Below are positions 40,325-50,810 of a DNA stretch of 64,000 bases, piece after piece. Source of the DNA: an uncultured Nitrospinota bacterium (GTDB lineage Bacteria; Tectomicrobia; Entotheonellia; J063; CAVPRW01); the NCBI GenBank assembly GCA_963707985.1, contig CAVPRW010000001.1, positions 51,503 to 115,502 on the forward strand, given 5' to 3'. The number at the start of each line of letters is the position of its first letter. Within the stretch, counting starts at the first letter, position 1. The notes below the pieces were generated by a model. That model saw only the letters and a list, made by a program, of their open reading frames with translations, did not search any database and was not told the DNA's origin. The translations under genes were made by a program, and so were the position numbers.

Positions 40325-42370
40325 TCATCCGAGTCCAACGTGGATGTCAAGCCATCCATGCGGAGTGATCAGAACGCGGTCGCCGCGTCGGACGAGAACG
40401 GTTGTCGTTGCCGACTCGAAAATGGCTGGGCCCGCAACCTCATCCCCTGTTTGCAGGGTCTCCAACTCGTAGACTGGCACGTCTAGCCAGGTGCCGAGGT
40501 ACACGCGTCGGCTACTGTGTGGTGCGGACCTTTCCCTAACGTTGAGGACCGGCTCTACCGGAAGGATGGGTAGCTCGCCCACCACCGCCAGCCGGGCATT
40601 CACCAGCACCACCTCCTGGTCTGGCGCACTATACGTGTATAGCTCTTCATGACGATGGTGAAAGCGCTCAATTACCTGCTCGATCAGATCGGGGGCAGTG
40701 ATATCAACTCCGTCCAGTGGCACGGTGATCTCAAAGATTTGCTCGCCATAGCGCATGTCTGCAGCTCGGCGTACGCTGATGGGCCCGGAAAAGGCCGTGG
40801 CCAGGTGCGTACGTCCATTGGTCTCCATGTCGGTGAAGAGGCCGCGGAGCTGTGCCGAGCCCACCTTCTGCACTTCGCCTACATGGGTGCGCACCAGCTC
40901 GTAGCGCAGGTCCGTCGCGAGCATGCCCCAAGCTGACAGCACCGCTGCCACGCGGGGCACCACCACACGGGCAATCTCCAGTTGGCGGGCCACTTCAGTG
41001 ATGTGTAAACCAGCCGCGCCGCCGAACGCCAATAAGGCAAATCGCCGTGGGTCCACGCCCCGTCGTGCCGACACCAGGCGAATACCCTCCGCCATGTTGG
41101 CGTTGACCACGCGATGGATCCCTTCCGCAGCAGCGATGGCCGTGAGCCTCAATTGGCTCGCAATTCCCTCGACGACGGTGAGAGCCGCGCCAGCCTCCAA
41201 TAGACTACGGCCACCCAGGAAGTTGCCTGGGTCGAGATAGCCCAGCACTAGATTGGCATCGGTGACCGTCGCGGCCATGCCACCCTTACCATAGCAGGCT
41301 GGACCGGGGTCGGCTCCGGCACTCTGCGGACCGACATGCAGGATGCCACCGAGGTCAGCATGCGCGATGGAGCCGCCGCCCGCACCCAGAGTATGGATAT
41401 CGAGGCTCGGCAGCGCCACTTTCAGGCCACCCACTGATTTATCGCCGCTCCAGAAGGGCTCGCCCCTCTCAAGGACAGCGATGTCGGTGCTGGTACCCCC
41501 CATGTCGAAGGAGATCAGGTTCTCTTCTCCGAGCAGGCGACTACAGTAGCGACTGCCGGCGATTCCACCAGCCGGCCCTGACAAAATGGCGCCAGCGGCG
41601 AGTCGTGCCGCATCGGCCAGTGGAGCCACCCCACCATGGGATTGCATGATGAGCACGTCACGTCGGTAACCGGCAAGCTGCAGGCGGTCTGCAAGATGCG
41701 ACAAGTAGCGTGAGAGCGTTGGGCCGACGTAGGCATTGACCACCGTCGTGCACACACGCTCGTATTCCTTGATCTGCGGCAGGACCTCGGACGAGAGAGA
41801 AATATACGCCTTCGGCAGACGTGTTTGGACGTACTGGCTTGTCGCCAGCTCATGGCTGGGGTCGCGATAGGCGTGCAGGTAGCACACCGCCACCGCGTCC
41901 ACGCCGGCCTGCGACAATTTTCGGACACCCGAGGCCAGGGACGCACGACTGAGCGGAATTTCCACAGATCCATCGAATCGCAGGCGTTCGCGGACTCCAA
42001 TGCGCAGGCCCCGAGGCACGAGGGGGGTCGGCGGCGGCATGCGCAGGTTGTAGCGGTCGTCTTTCAAGCCCTCGCGCATTTCGATAATATCCCGGTGCCC
42101 CTCGGTCGTGAGCAACCCCACTCTAGCCCCTTTGCGTTCCAGCAGGGCATTTGTCGCGACCGTCGTACCATGGACGATGCGCTCGGTCTGGTCCAGCAAC
42201 GACGCGAGGTCCTTGTCGAGCTCTGCTGCCAGAGACACTAGTCCTTGCATCACACCTAGTGATGGATCGCTGGGCGTGGAGGCCGCTTTGGCAAGCACGA
42301 CTCGACCCTGCTCGTCAACTGCCACTAGGTCGGTGAACGTTCCACCGACATCGATACCGATGCGATACAT
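40325..42370 (-). CDS. Hydantoinase/oxoprolinase subunit A (HyuA-like, ATP-binding)
   Basis: IGIDVGGTFTD, HGTTVATNALLE, SGPAGG, DMGGTSTD, GAGGGSIA, GPQSAGADPGPACY, FGGAAGLH. Confidence 0.95.
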   Translation of the reverse strand: MYRIGIDVGGTFTDLVAVDEQGRVVLAKAASTPSDPSLGVMQGLVSLAAELDKDLASLLDQTERIVHGTTVATNALLERKGARVGLLTTEGHRDIIEMREGLKDDRYNLRMPPPTPLVPRGLRIGVRERLRFDGSVEIPLSRASLASGVRKLSQAGVDAVAVCYLHAYRDPSHELATSQYVQTRLPKAYISLSSEVLPQIKEYERVCTTVVNAYVGPTLSRYLSHLADRLQLAGYRRDVLIMQSHGGVAPLADAARLAAGAILSGPAGGIAGSRYCSRLLGEENLISFDMGGTSTDIAVLERGEPFWSGDKSVGGLKVALPSLDIHTLGAGGGSIAHADLGGILHVGPQSAGADPGPACYGKGGMAATVTDANLVLGYLDPGNFLGGRSLLEAGAALTVVEGIASQLRLTAIAAAEGIHRVVNANMAEGIRLVSARRGVDPRRFALLAFGGAAGLHITEVARQLEIARVVVPRVAAVLSAWGMLATDLRYELVRTHVGEVQKVGSAQLRGLFTDMETNGRTHLATAFSGPISVRRAADMRYGEQIFEITVPLDGVDITAPDLIEQVIERFHHRHEELYTYSAPDQEVVLVNARLAVVGELPILPVEPVLNVRERSAPHSSRRVYLGTWLDVPVYELETLQTGDEVAGPAIFESATTTVLVRRGDRVLITPHGWLDIHVGLG

Positions 42371-42380
42371 CCCACGTCCT

Positions 42381-44048
42381 TTAGCTGCTTCTGCCACGTC
42401 CTGGGCGCTTCTTTGCGGTGACAAACCCGTCAGCGAGGTCAGCGGCATGCGCCTGTGGATCGCGTTCTATGGGATCTCCATAGCCGCCACCGCCAGATGA
42501 TTCGATGGACAAGACGTCCCCTGGTAGCACCTGGATGCCGACTTCCTTGGTTTTCAAAAAACGGCTACGTCCTTTCGAAATCAGCCGGTAGCGATGCGGC
42601 AAGCCGTCCTCGCCTCCGCATAGCCCATAGGGGGCATAGCGCACACCGTCGCCGGCCGTATTCGCCACTGCTGGTTCGGTGATCTCGAGATGCAGTTCCA
42701 TTTCGGAGCCGGCGCCGCCACGGTATTTCCCAGCCCCTGCGGAATCCGGGCGAAACTCATGTCGTTTGAAAAACAGCGGGAACCGGACCTCGGTCACCTC
42801 GATGCTGCCGAATTTGATGCCACCAGCCGCCTGCCCCTCGCCTGCGGTGGGCCAGCCATCGCCAACTGGCGAGGCACCACCACCGCCACGGGCGTGGAAC
42901 ATGTGCCAGATGAAGGGTCGATCGGTGCGGGGATTCATCCCCTTGATGGCAATCCTGAAGCGCCGGGACCAGCCAGCCAGGGCGCGCTCCGGACACGCTC
43001 CAGCCAGCGCCTTGATCACCGCTTCGGCAATTTCCTGTGCACAGTGATTGGTAGACAGGGTGACGGGAGCTGGAGGGAAGGGCCAGACCACCGTTCCTTG
43101 CTTGAGCTGCACGGTGATCGGCCGGAATGTCCCCTCATTCTTCGGAATGCGAGGATCGATGAGGTAGGCGAAGGCCATATGGATGGCTGACATGGTATTC
43201 GGGTAAGAGGAATTGACGAAGCCGATCACTTGCGGATGTGAGTCGGTGAGGTCGATGGTCAGAGAGTCCCCGTGCTTCGTGACCCTGGCGCGGATGTGGA
43301 TGTCGGTGATGCCGTGGCCGTCATCGTCCAAAATGGCTTCGCCCTGGTACACGCCATCATTCCAGGTCTGGACGCAAGCTCGCGCCTGGCGTTCGGCACT
43401 GGACAAGATCTCCCCAACCGCCTCAGCCAGTGCCTCCTGGCCATATTCGTCGACGAGGCGCAGAAGTCGCCGTTCGCCGAGCCTGGCCGAGCCCATCATG
43501 GCGCGCAAGTCTCCCAGGAAATCACGCGCATGGCGCACGTTGGTGGCTAACATGTGCAACACGTCATCTCGCAACTCACCCCGATCGTACAGTTTGAGGG
43601 GGGTGACGCGGATACCCTCCTGCCAGATCTCCGTGGCGCCGGGATTGTAGGCCCCATGGGTGGCACCGCCGATATCGCTCTGATGGGCACGATTAATGGA
43701 CCAGAAGATCAGGTGGTCATCCATAAAGACGGGGAGCAGGACCGTCAGGTCCGGCAAATGATTGCCGCCATGGTAGGGATCGTTGAGGAGAAACATATCC
43801 CCTGGCTGAACACGTCCGGTGAAGAACTCACGAATCGATTGCACGGCCCACGGCAGCGCCCCCACGTGGATGGGAACATGTTCCGCCTGCGCCGTCAGAC
43901 GTCCTTCAGCGTCGCATATCGCCGTCGAAAAGTCACGGCTGGAATTCAAAATTTGCGAGTAGGCGGTGCGCAACATGGCTTCGCCCATTTCCTGGACGAT
44001 GGCCTCGAGGCGGAGTTGTAGAACTGACACGCTGATACGGTCGAGCAT
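42381..44048 (-). CDS. Hydantoinase/oxoprolinase subunit B (HyuB-like)
   Basis: EMGEAMLRTAYS, DFSTA, NDPYHGGNHLPD, HQSDIGG, QEG, DSAGAGKYRGG, GGGGYGDP. Confidence 0.95.
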   Translation of the reverse strand: MLDRISVSVLQLRLEAIVQEMGEAMLRTAYSQILNSSRDFSTAICDAEGRLTAQAEHVPIHVGALPWAVQSIREFFTGRVQPGDMFLLNDPYHGGNHLPDLTVLLPVFMDDHLIFWSINRAHQSDIGGATHGAYNPGATEIWQEGIRVTPLKLYDRGELRDDVLHMLATNVRHARDFLGDLRAMMGSARLGERRLLRLVDEYGQEALAEAVGEILSSAERQARACVQTWNDGVYQGEAILDDDGHGITDIHIRARVTKHGDSLTIDLTDSHPQVIGFVNSSYPNTMSAIHMAFAYLIDPRIPKNEGTFRPITVQLKQGTVVWPFPPAPVTLSTNHCAQEIAEAVIKALAGACPERALAGWSRRFRIAIKGMNPRTDRPFIWHMFHARGGGGASPVGDGWPTAGEGQAAGGIKFGSIEVTEVRFPLFFKRHEFRPDSAGAGKYRGGAGSEMELHLEITEPAVANTAGDGVRYAPYGLCGGEDGLPHRYRLISKGRSRFLKTKEVGIQVLPGDVLSIESSGGGGYGDPIERDPQAHAADLADGFVTAKKRPGRGRSS

Positions 44049-44059
44049 GGGAGGCCTCT

Positions 44060-44989
44060 CTATTCAATGCCTTCCCGTCGGTAGAAGGGCGTGAACCACT
44101 GGGGGTCTTCGCGGTAGGTCACGGCATTATCCGCAGTGATGCGGGCCGTCATACGCCGATGCGCGAAGCAGAAATGTTGGATCGCGATAGGCATGCCGCC
44201 AGTGTGGGCGTAGGCAATCTCAATGTGCACATCCATAATGCCGCCGTTACCGGGAAAACCCATGGCGCCAAAACCGGTCGAATTGCCCAACTCCAGCAAC
44301 TCATCTTCGAGCGCGGCGACGTCCGGGTCGGGGTTACGGTCTTCGACCAAGCGTAGACAAGCGGCCTCCTTGGCGAGACGGACGCAATAATCCTTGGTGC
44401 CTCCGAGGCCGATGCCTACTACAAGCGGCTGGCAGGACATGCCGCGCCGAAAGAATTCGCTGATGCTGTCGAGGAAGAAACGCTTGATACCAGGGATACC
44501 ATCCGAGGGGAACAGCATGCGATAGTCGCCGCCAAACAGTCCTCCTTTATGTACGACCGTCAGATCGAGCCAATCGGCATTGGGCTCAAAGCTATAGTCG
44601 ACGCTGGGGGCGTGGACACCGACATTGTTATTGAAATCTTTGCGCGTCAGCGGATGTACCCGGTTAGGCCGCAGCGGAATCGCTTCGGTCGCATCAGCGG
44701 TGGCCCGCCGTAACTCGCGCTCCAGCATCACCATTCCCCCTGCGATGTGGGTCTCATTCCCCACCTTGGCGTAGAATCGTGGGAGACCCGTATCAGCGCA
44801 CATCGGCCGCTGTTCGGCAATGGCCACGGTATAGTTCTGCACGATCTGCCCAAGTACATACTTTGAAAGTTTATGCGTTTCCCGCTCGTACATGCGCTCA
44901 ACTGCCTGCCGGGCATCGTCGGGAATTTTGATCGCCGCGCGGCGATTGAGCTCAACGCCTGCCTGATAGATGGTCTCTTGGCGAATCAT
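44060..44989 (-). CDS. Fe-S hydro-lyase alpha subunit (class I fumarate hydratase / tartrate dehydratase type)
   Basis: PMCADTG, PLRPN.VHP, KGG, CQPLVVGIGLGG, GFGAMGFPG, H, CFAHR (three cluster Cys); GGAGG RBS. Confidence 0.9.
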   Translation of the reverse strand: MIRQETIYQAGVELNRRAAIKIPDDARQAVERMYERETHKLSKYVLGQIVQNYTVAIAEQRPMCADTGLPRFYAKVGNETHIAGGMVMLERELRRATADATEAIPLRPNRVHPLTRKDFNNNVGVHAPSVDYSFEPNADWLDLTVVHKGGLFGGDYRMLFPSDGIPGIKRFFLDSISEFFRRGMSCQPLVVGIGLGGTKDYCVRLAKEAACLRLVEDRNPDPDVAALEDELLELGNSTGFGAMGFPGNGGIMDVHIEIAYAHTGGMPIAIQHFCFAHRRMTARITADNAVTYREDPQWFTPFYRREGIE

Positions 44990-45026
44990 GGCCTTTTCCT
45001 CCGACAATGAGGGCGGCACGGGTGCC

Positions 45027-45845
45027 TTATGGGGCAAGACGGTTGCGCAGCCAATCAAGCACGATCGCCCGTTTTAACCCCTGAATAGCCCGTGTTGGGC
45101 TCAAGTGCTTGGGGCAGACCTCGGTGCAGTTGAACAGTGAATGGCAGCGCCAGCAACCGTGTTCTCCACCCACAGCGGCGAGTCGCTCGCGGCGCGCACC
45201 ATCGCGCGAGTCCCGCACCAGCGTGAAGGCGCGATTCAATGCCGCCGGGCCTAGGTATTCTACATCATGGGCAAGCATTGTACAGGACGCGTAACAGGCA
45301 CCGCACGCAATGCATTCGAGGTTCGGATCGATGGCCCGACGCTCGCGTGAGGCTGGTGAGATCGGCGCCACTTCGGTGCGCTCGTGACGCGGCACAAAGT
45401 AAGATTGTGCGGCACGATACTTGGTGAAAAATGGTTCGTAGTCCACCAGCACGTCCCTGATGATTGGCAGGAAACGGAGGGGTGCGATGCGGACGGTTGC
45501 TCCCCTGAGGCGCTCGATGGAGGTTCGGCAGGCCCAACGCGGTACATCGTTGATCATGACCGTGCAGGTACCGCACATCCCAAGCCGACAGGCGTAGCGA
45601 AAGGCTAGGGAGCGATCGTGATGTCGCTGAATATGCACCAGCGCATCGAGGATCGTCATCTTTGCGATACGAGGCACCCGATACGGTACCATGTGCCCCT
45701 GCGGGGACTGTTCGGGATCGCAACGGTAGACTTCGATCGACCAGAATTCGTCACTAGAGCCTGGGCTGTGAATCTGACGTGTCTCTGCTGCGGAGACGGA
45801 AGCTTCTGGAGATGGCACGGAATCTCCCATAGGGTCACTTACCAT
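45027..45845 (-). CDS. Succinate dehydrogenase/fumarate reductase-like Fe-S subunit
   Basis: CRLGMCGTC..C (2Fe-2S), CIACGACYASC, CWRCHSLFNCTEVCP. Confidence 0.92.
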   Translation of the reverse strand: MVSDPMGDSVPSPEASVSAAETRQIHSPGSSDEFWSIEVYRCDPEQSPQGHMVPYRVPRIAKMTILDALVHIQRHHDRSLAFRYACRLGMCGTCTVMINDVPRWACRTSIERLRGATVRIAPLRFLPIIRDVLVDYEPFFTKYRAAQSYFVPRHERTEVAPISPASRERRAIDPNLECIACGACYASCTMLAHDVEYLGPAALNRAFTLVRDSRDGARRERLAAVGGEHGCWRCHSLFNCTEVCPKHLSPTRAIQGLKRAIVLDWLRNRLAP

Positions 45846-45852
45846 CGCATCC

Positions 45853-46176
45853 TCAGGTATAACGCAAGGCGAAATAGCAAAAGATGATCAGTCCGATGCC
45901 TGCCAGTATCCAAACCAGACCGCGGTGCCAGCGCTCTGCTAGCCCAAAGTCGAGGAGCATGACGCGTACACCTGCTGCTGCATGGGAGATGACGAAGAAC
46001 AGCACCGCGATGCGCACTGGCCGCGAGTAGGGGTTCACCCAGTGCCACGGCAGCAGGACCATGAGCATCAGCGATGAGGCGCGTTGGAAGAGCCAGGTCC
46101 ACATTCCCAGGTAAGCAGGTTTTCCGGAAGCAGGGAGGGTGACAGCGAACCGCGTAGGGTTTGGGCTCTGCGTCAT
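45853..46176 (-). CDS. Sdh/Frd-like cytochrome b membrane anchor
   Basis: 'WLFQRAS...H', 'HAAAGVRVMLLDF'; three TM segments; ATGA overlap with the flavoprotein stop. Confidence 0.82.
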   Translation of the reverse strand: MTQSPNPTRFAVTLPASGKPAYLGMWTWLFQRASSLMLMVLLPWHWVNPYSRPVRIAVLFFVISHAAAGVRVMLLDFGLAERWHRGLVWILAGIGLIIFCYFALRYT

Positions 46177-47931
46177 TCTCCCTCCCGCGCCAGATAGGCC
46201 TGTCCCAGGCTTGTTGTGGCAGACGCTGGTGGCTGCAGCCGGGTGAATTGTACCGGCGCCAACCAAAGATGCATCCCCTCCCCCTGGCGCTGCAGATAAA
46301 TGTTCTGCAAATAATGGTCGTTGTCGGCTTCTGGGTAGTCGCTGCGAAAATGTGCGCCACGGCTCTCCTGACGCTGTAGGGCGCTGGCAACGATCATGTT
46401 GGAGACGGTCAGCAAACTGTCAAGGTTCAGCCATTCCTGCCATTCGGCGTTGAGACGTGGTGAGCCGTTGACACGGACGTGTTGGGCACGCTCCCGGAGC
46501 GTCGCCAACGCTTGCTGTGCGCGTACAAGGTCGCTGGCATGCCGCACCAAGCCAGCTTTTTCCCACATCAGCGCTTTCAGGTCATCGCGTAGAACGTAGA
46601 CATCTTCACCGCTGGGGCGATCGAAGGGTGCCATGACTCTGGCAATCACCGCATGCACCTGCCCGTCGGCAACCGCCGGTGTGTTTTTCCCGGTAATATA
46701 GGCGGCCATACGATCGCCGGCGATGCCGCCGAAGACCGTCGAGCACGCCACGCCATTGCCACCGAGACGGTTGGCTCCATGCACACCAGCCGAGTCCTCG
46801 CCAGCAACGAATAAGCCGTCGAGGTTACTGTGACAGGCGGTATCGATCTTCACACCGCCCATCAGGTAATGGGCCGTCGGGCAAACTTCCACTGGCTCAC
46901 GGGCGAGGTCGAAACCCATGTCGCGGCAGCGCTCCACCATGCCGGGGAAATTGTGCTCGACGAAACTAGCTCCGAGATGAGACACATCGATGTAGACGCC
47001 ACCATGCGGGCTGCCACGACCAGCGACGATCTCCAGATAGGAACTGCGAGAGACGACGTCGCGCGTCGAACGCTCCAGCCGCACCGGGTCGTACTTCTCC
47101 ATGTACCGTTCCAGACGACCGTTGAACAAGTGCCCGCCAACGCCGCGTAGGCCCTCTTCTAACACGGTTCCACTCATGCCAGAGTCGCCTACCAGCAGGC
47201 CCGTAGGATGGAACTGCACCATCTCCATATCGACAAAGCGTCGCCCCCACGCGGTATGCCATGGCCAAGCCGTCAGTGGTTTTCTCTGCCGAGGGCGCCA
47301 TCATCTTATACATGGTTGGACCGGCGCCAGTGGCGAGCAGCGTCGCTTTAGCACGGACGACCAGGAATGTGCCGCGTCGGATGTCGAGAAGCAGGGCGCC
47401 TGCCACACCATCGCCACTTGGGGGATGTAGCAGCTCAATGGCACGGTGATCCTCCAGCGTTGGGATGCTGCGGCGCCACACTTGCTCCATCAAGCGCGTC
47501 ATAATTTCGATGCCAGTCAGGTCGCCACGGTGCACCGTGCGATCAAACGACTGTCCGGCAAAGGCCTTTTGATGGATAGTGCCATCGGTGTTGCGGTCAA
47601 AAAAGCACCCCATGCGATTCTCCAACTCGCGAATACGCTCAGGGGCAGTGGTGATCAGCGTCCAGGCCAGTTCCTGGTCATTGAGGTATGCACCCCCTTC
47701 GATGGTGTCACGGAAGTGTTGGTCCAGGGAGTCATTTGGGTGTAGGACGGCATTGTAGCCGCCCTGGACCATGCGCGTGCACCCCGACTTACCCAACAGG
47801 CCCTTGACGCAGATGAGGATGGCGGCACGTGGATTGGCCTCAAAGGCATGCAGGGCAGCGAACAATCCAGCTCCACCGCTGCCCAAGATGAGGATATCCG
47901 TGCTGATGACCTCAATCGTTGGTGGTGGCAT
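46173..47931 (-). CDS. Sdh/Frd/TfrA-like flavoprotein subunit (frameshift at 47235-47237, probably artefact)
   Basis: ILGSGGAG, GKSGCTRMVQGG, DMEMVQFHPT, EEGLRG, STRDVVSR, HYLMGG, HGANRLGGN, RQESRGAHFRSDYP across two frames. Confidence 0.9.
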
Positions 47932-48191
47932 AATAGTGCTTATCTCATCTTGTGGCGCTGCTGAGCTATCATGGCAGCCTGAGCAGGGCCTCCAGGCACC
48001 TGCAGGGTTCTACTATACGATGCTGGGTCTAACCCGTCAATCTTCTTAGCCGTGCAGGGCTGCTGAGGATCATCCCCAAGCGCGTATGAGTTCCCCACCG
48101 CCGTTGCATCTCCGGGATGTGTCGGCTACTATGAAAATGGCAGGTGGTGGCTCTAACCCTGCTCAGTACCCGATTACAGAGGAGGATGACC

Positions 48192-49307
48192 ATGATCATC
48201 GGCGTGCCAAGGGAGATCAAGCAGGATGAGCACCGCGTGAGTCTGGTGCCTGCCGGCGCATACAGCCTTGTCAAGGCAGGGCATCAAGTGCTCATTGAAC
48301 AAGGGGCAGGTTTGGGCAGCGGCATTCCTGACGCCGAGTACAAGAATGTAGGAGCCCAAATTGTCGCCGAGCATGCCGAACTGTTCGCCCAAGCCGACAT
48401 GATCATCAAGGTCAAAGAGCCGCTGGCGCCGGAATATCGGCTGCTGCGCGAGGGGCAGATTCTCTTTACGTTTTTGCACCTTGCCGCCTTGCCAGAGCTG
48501 ACGCAGGTACTCCTGGCGCGGCATATCATTGCGCTGGCCTACGAGACTGTGCAATTGTCCGATCGTTCACTTCCGCTCTTAGCCCCGATGAGTGAAGTGG
48601 CTGGACGCATGTCGGTACAGGAGGGTGCGAAGTATCTGGAACGACATGAAGGGGGGCGTGGCGTACTCCTCGCCGGAGTGCCCGGTGTTCCTCCCGGTCA
48701 GGTGACGATTGTCGGAGGCGGCACCGTTGGCACCAATGCCGCGAAAATGGCGATGGGGCTGGGTGCCACGGTGACCGTCATCGATGTGAATCCGTCCCGC
48801 CTGCGGCATGTGGATGACCTGTTCCAGGGGCGTGTCCGTACGCTGATGTCGAGCGAATACGCCATCGCTGACATGACCGCGCGGTCGGATCTGGTCATTG
48901 GGGCGGCTTTGGTGCCAGGGGCACGTGCGCCACGACTGGTGACCCACGAGATGATCGCTGGGATGTTGAAAGGGGCGGTTGTGGTGGATGTCGCCATTGA
49001 TCAGGGGGGGTGTATCGAGACCTCACATCCCACCTCACACAGCCACCCGACATTCTGTGTCGACGGTGTCGTGCATTACTGCGTCGCTAATATGCCAGGA
49101 GCGGTGTCTCGCACCTCGACATTTGCCCTGACTAATGTGACCTTCCCCTACGCCATGTCAATTGCGACTAAGGGGTGGAGACAGGCTGTTCGTGATGATT
49201 CTGCCCTCGCACGAGGGCTCAATGTGTGTGACGGTAAGGTGGCCCATCCTGCCGTCGCGGAGGCCCTAGGTTTACCATCTGTGCCGGTCGAGCGCATCGT
49301 GTCATGA
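48192..49307 (+). CDS. ald: Alanine dehydrogenase
   Basis: MIIGVPREIK..EHRV, KVKEP, FTFLHLA, PMSEVAGR, DVAIDQGGC, HYCVANMPGAV; GAGGAGG RBS. Confidence 0.96.
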   Translation: MIIGVPREIKQDEHRVSLVPAGAYSLVKAGHQVLIEQGAGLGSGIPDAEYKNVGAQIVAEHAELFAQADMIIKVKEPLAPEYRLLREGQILFTFLHLAALPELTQVLLARHIIALAYETVQLSDRSLPLLAPMSEVAGRMSVQEGAKYLERHEGGRGVLLAGVPGVPPGQVTIVGGGTVGTNAAKMAMGLGATVTVIDVNPSRLRHVDDLFQGRVRTLMSSEYAIADMTARSDLVIGAALVPGARAPRLVTHEMIAGMLKGAVVVDVAIDQGGCIETSHPTSHSHPTFCVDGVVHYCVANMPGAVSRTSTFALTNVTFPYAMSIATKGWRQAVRDDSALARGLNVCDGKVAHPAVAEALGLPSVPVERIVS

Positions 49308-49332
49308 GTATGATATGGCCGCAGACCTCCGC

Positions 49333-50523
49333 TCAGACGGCTTTGAGGTCGCGTAGCTCGGCGATCTGGTCGGCCGTGTAGCCCAAGATATCGGCGAGAA
49401 TAGCATCGGTATGCTGTCCCAGGAGCGGGGGTGGGTCCTTCACCTCGCCTGGAGTGGCCGAGAGCTTGATTGGGACGCCGTTGACGCTGATAGGGCCAGC
49501 GGTTGGATGATTGAGCTGTACCACCATGTCGCGGGCAAGTACCTGGGGATCGGTGCACACTTCTGCGACATTTTTGATCAGGCCGCAGGGGATGCCCTCA
49601 CGGTCTAGTAGGTTATACCACTCCCGTCGCGTACGAGTCTTGACGCCGGCAGCCACGAGAGGGGTCAGCTCGTGCCGATTTTCCACGCGTTTTTTCATCG
49701 TCGTGAAACGCTCATCCGCGAGGAGATGATCGAGCCCGGCCAGCTTGCAGAATCTCTCCCAGAACCCCTGATTCCCACAGGCGATGATGATGTGCCCGTC
49801 ATTAGCCTCGAAGGTTTCATACGGAGTGATGCTCGGATGCTTGTTTCCCAATCGCTCTGGGCTCTGGCCGGTGGCAAAATAGATCCCCGCCTGATAGGTC
49901 AGAAGCGCAACTTGGCAATCCAGCAGTGATACATCGACTCGCTGCCCCTCGCCGGTACGGTGACGTGCGAGCAGTGCCAGCAGGATGCCTGAAAACGCGT
50001 TCATCCCCGCGGTAATGTCTGCAAATGACAGCCCGACCTTCACGGGCGAATCATCCGGTTCACCGGTGAGGCTCATCACGCCACCTTCCGCCTGCGCAAT
50101 CAGATCGTATCCAGGCCGTTGGGCATACGGGCCAGTCTGTCCAAACCCAGAGATGGAACAGTAGATCAGCTGTGGGTTGAAAGCATGCACTGCATCATAC
50201 CCAAAACCGAGCCCATCAAGCGTGCCGGGGCGGAAATTCTCCACCAGCACGTCCCCTTTCTGCAACAGTTGACGCAAAATCTCCTTGCCGCGTGCATGCT
50301 TGAGATTGAGCGTCAGACTCTTCTTGTTGCGATTCACACTCATAAAATAGGTACTTTCGCCGTGCAGAAAAGGGGGGCCGTATGCGCGGGTGTCATCGCC
50401 GCTGCCTGGGATCTCAATTTTGACGACGGTAGCCCCCATATCTGCCAGCTCCATCGTACAATATGGGCCGGCTAACACCCGTGAGAGATCGATCACCAGC
50501 ATACCGTCAAGTGGCTTGCCCAT
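49333..50523 (-). CDS. Family III CoA-transferase (CaiB/BaiF)
   Basis: DLSRVLAGPY, NRNKKS, ENFRPG, SGFGQTGP, GYDLIAQ, PLLGQHT. Confidence 0.95.
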   Translation of the reverse strand: MGKPLDGMLVIDLSRVLAGPYCTMELADMGATVVKIEIPGSGDDTRAYGPPFLHGESTYFMSVNRNKKSLTLNLKHARGKEILRQLLQKGDVLVENFRPGTLDGLGFGYDAVHAFNPQLIYCSISGFGQTGPYAQRPGYDLIAQAEGGVMSLTGEPDDSPVKVGLSFADITAGMNAFSGILLALLARHRTGEGQRVDVSLLDCQVALLTYQAGIYFATGQSPERLGNKHPSITPYETFEANDGHIIIACGNQGFWERFCKLAGLDHLLADERFTTMKKRVENRHELTPLVAAGVKTRTRREWYNLLDREGIPCGLIKNVAEVCTDPQVLARDMVVQLNHPTAGPISVNGVPIKLSATPGEVKDPPPLLGQHTDAILADILGYTADQIAELRDLKAV

Positions 50524-50810
50524 GCGTTCTCCTCTATACTGAGTGGTCTTAGGTACGCGCATTCAGGTCTCTGCTCATGCGAATTGGGCGTCACCGTACC
50601 ACGTCTCCGAGGAAACTGTCAATGAACGGCCTGTGTTGGGGGAAGATTGCGATCATGACCGTCGAGGCTGAGATAAGTATCCGCCCACCGCCCATCTGGC
50701 AGGACCAATCTGCAATTGGAACCGGTAATGCCTAGCCAGACACGCCGCTTCTCAGGAAAAGTCCACTGCACTGCATCGTCCATGCGCGCCGGATAACTAG
50801 GAGGTAGGGC

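Noticed and set aside
47228..47240. Programmed frameshift in the flavoprotein gene
   Set aside because: No slippery heptamer; the same +1 pattern in recN and others points to sequencing error.
50660..50740. TPP riboswitch (GGCTGAGA)
   Set aside because: The downstream CCUGAU..GAUAAUGCC..CGUAGG core is absent.
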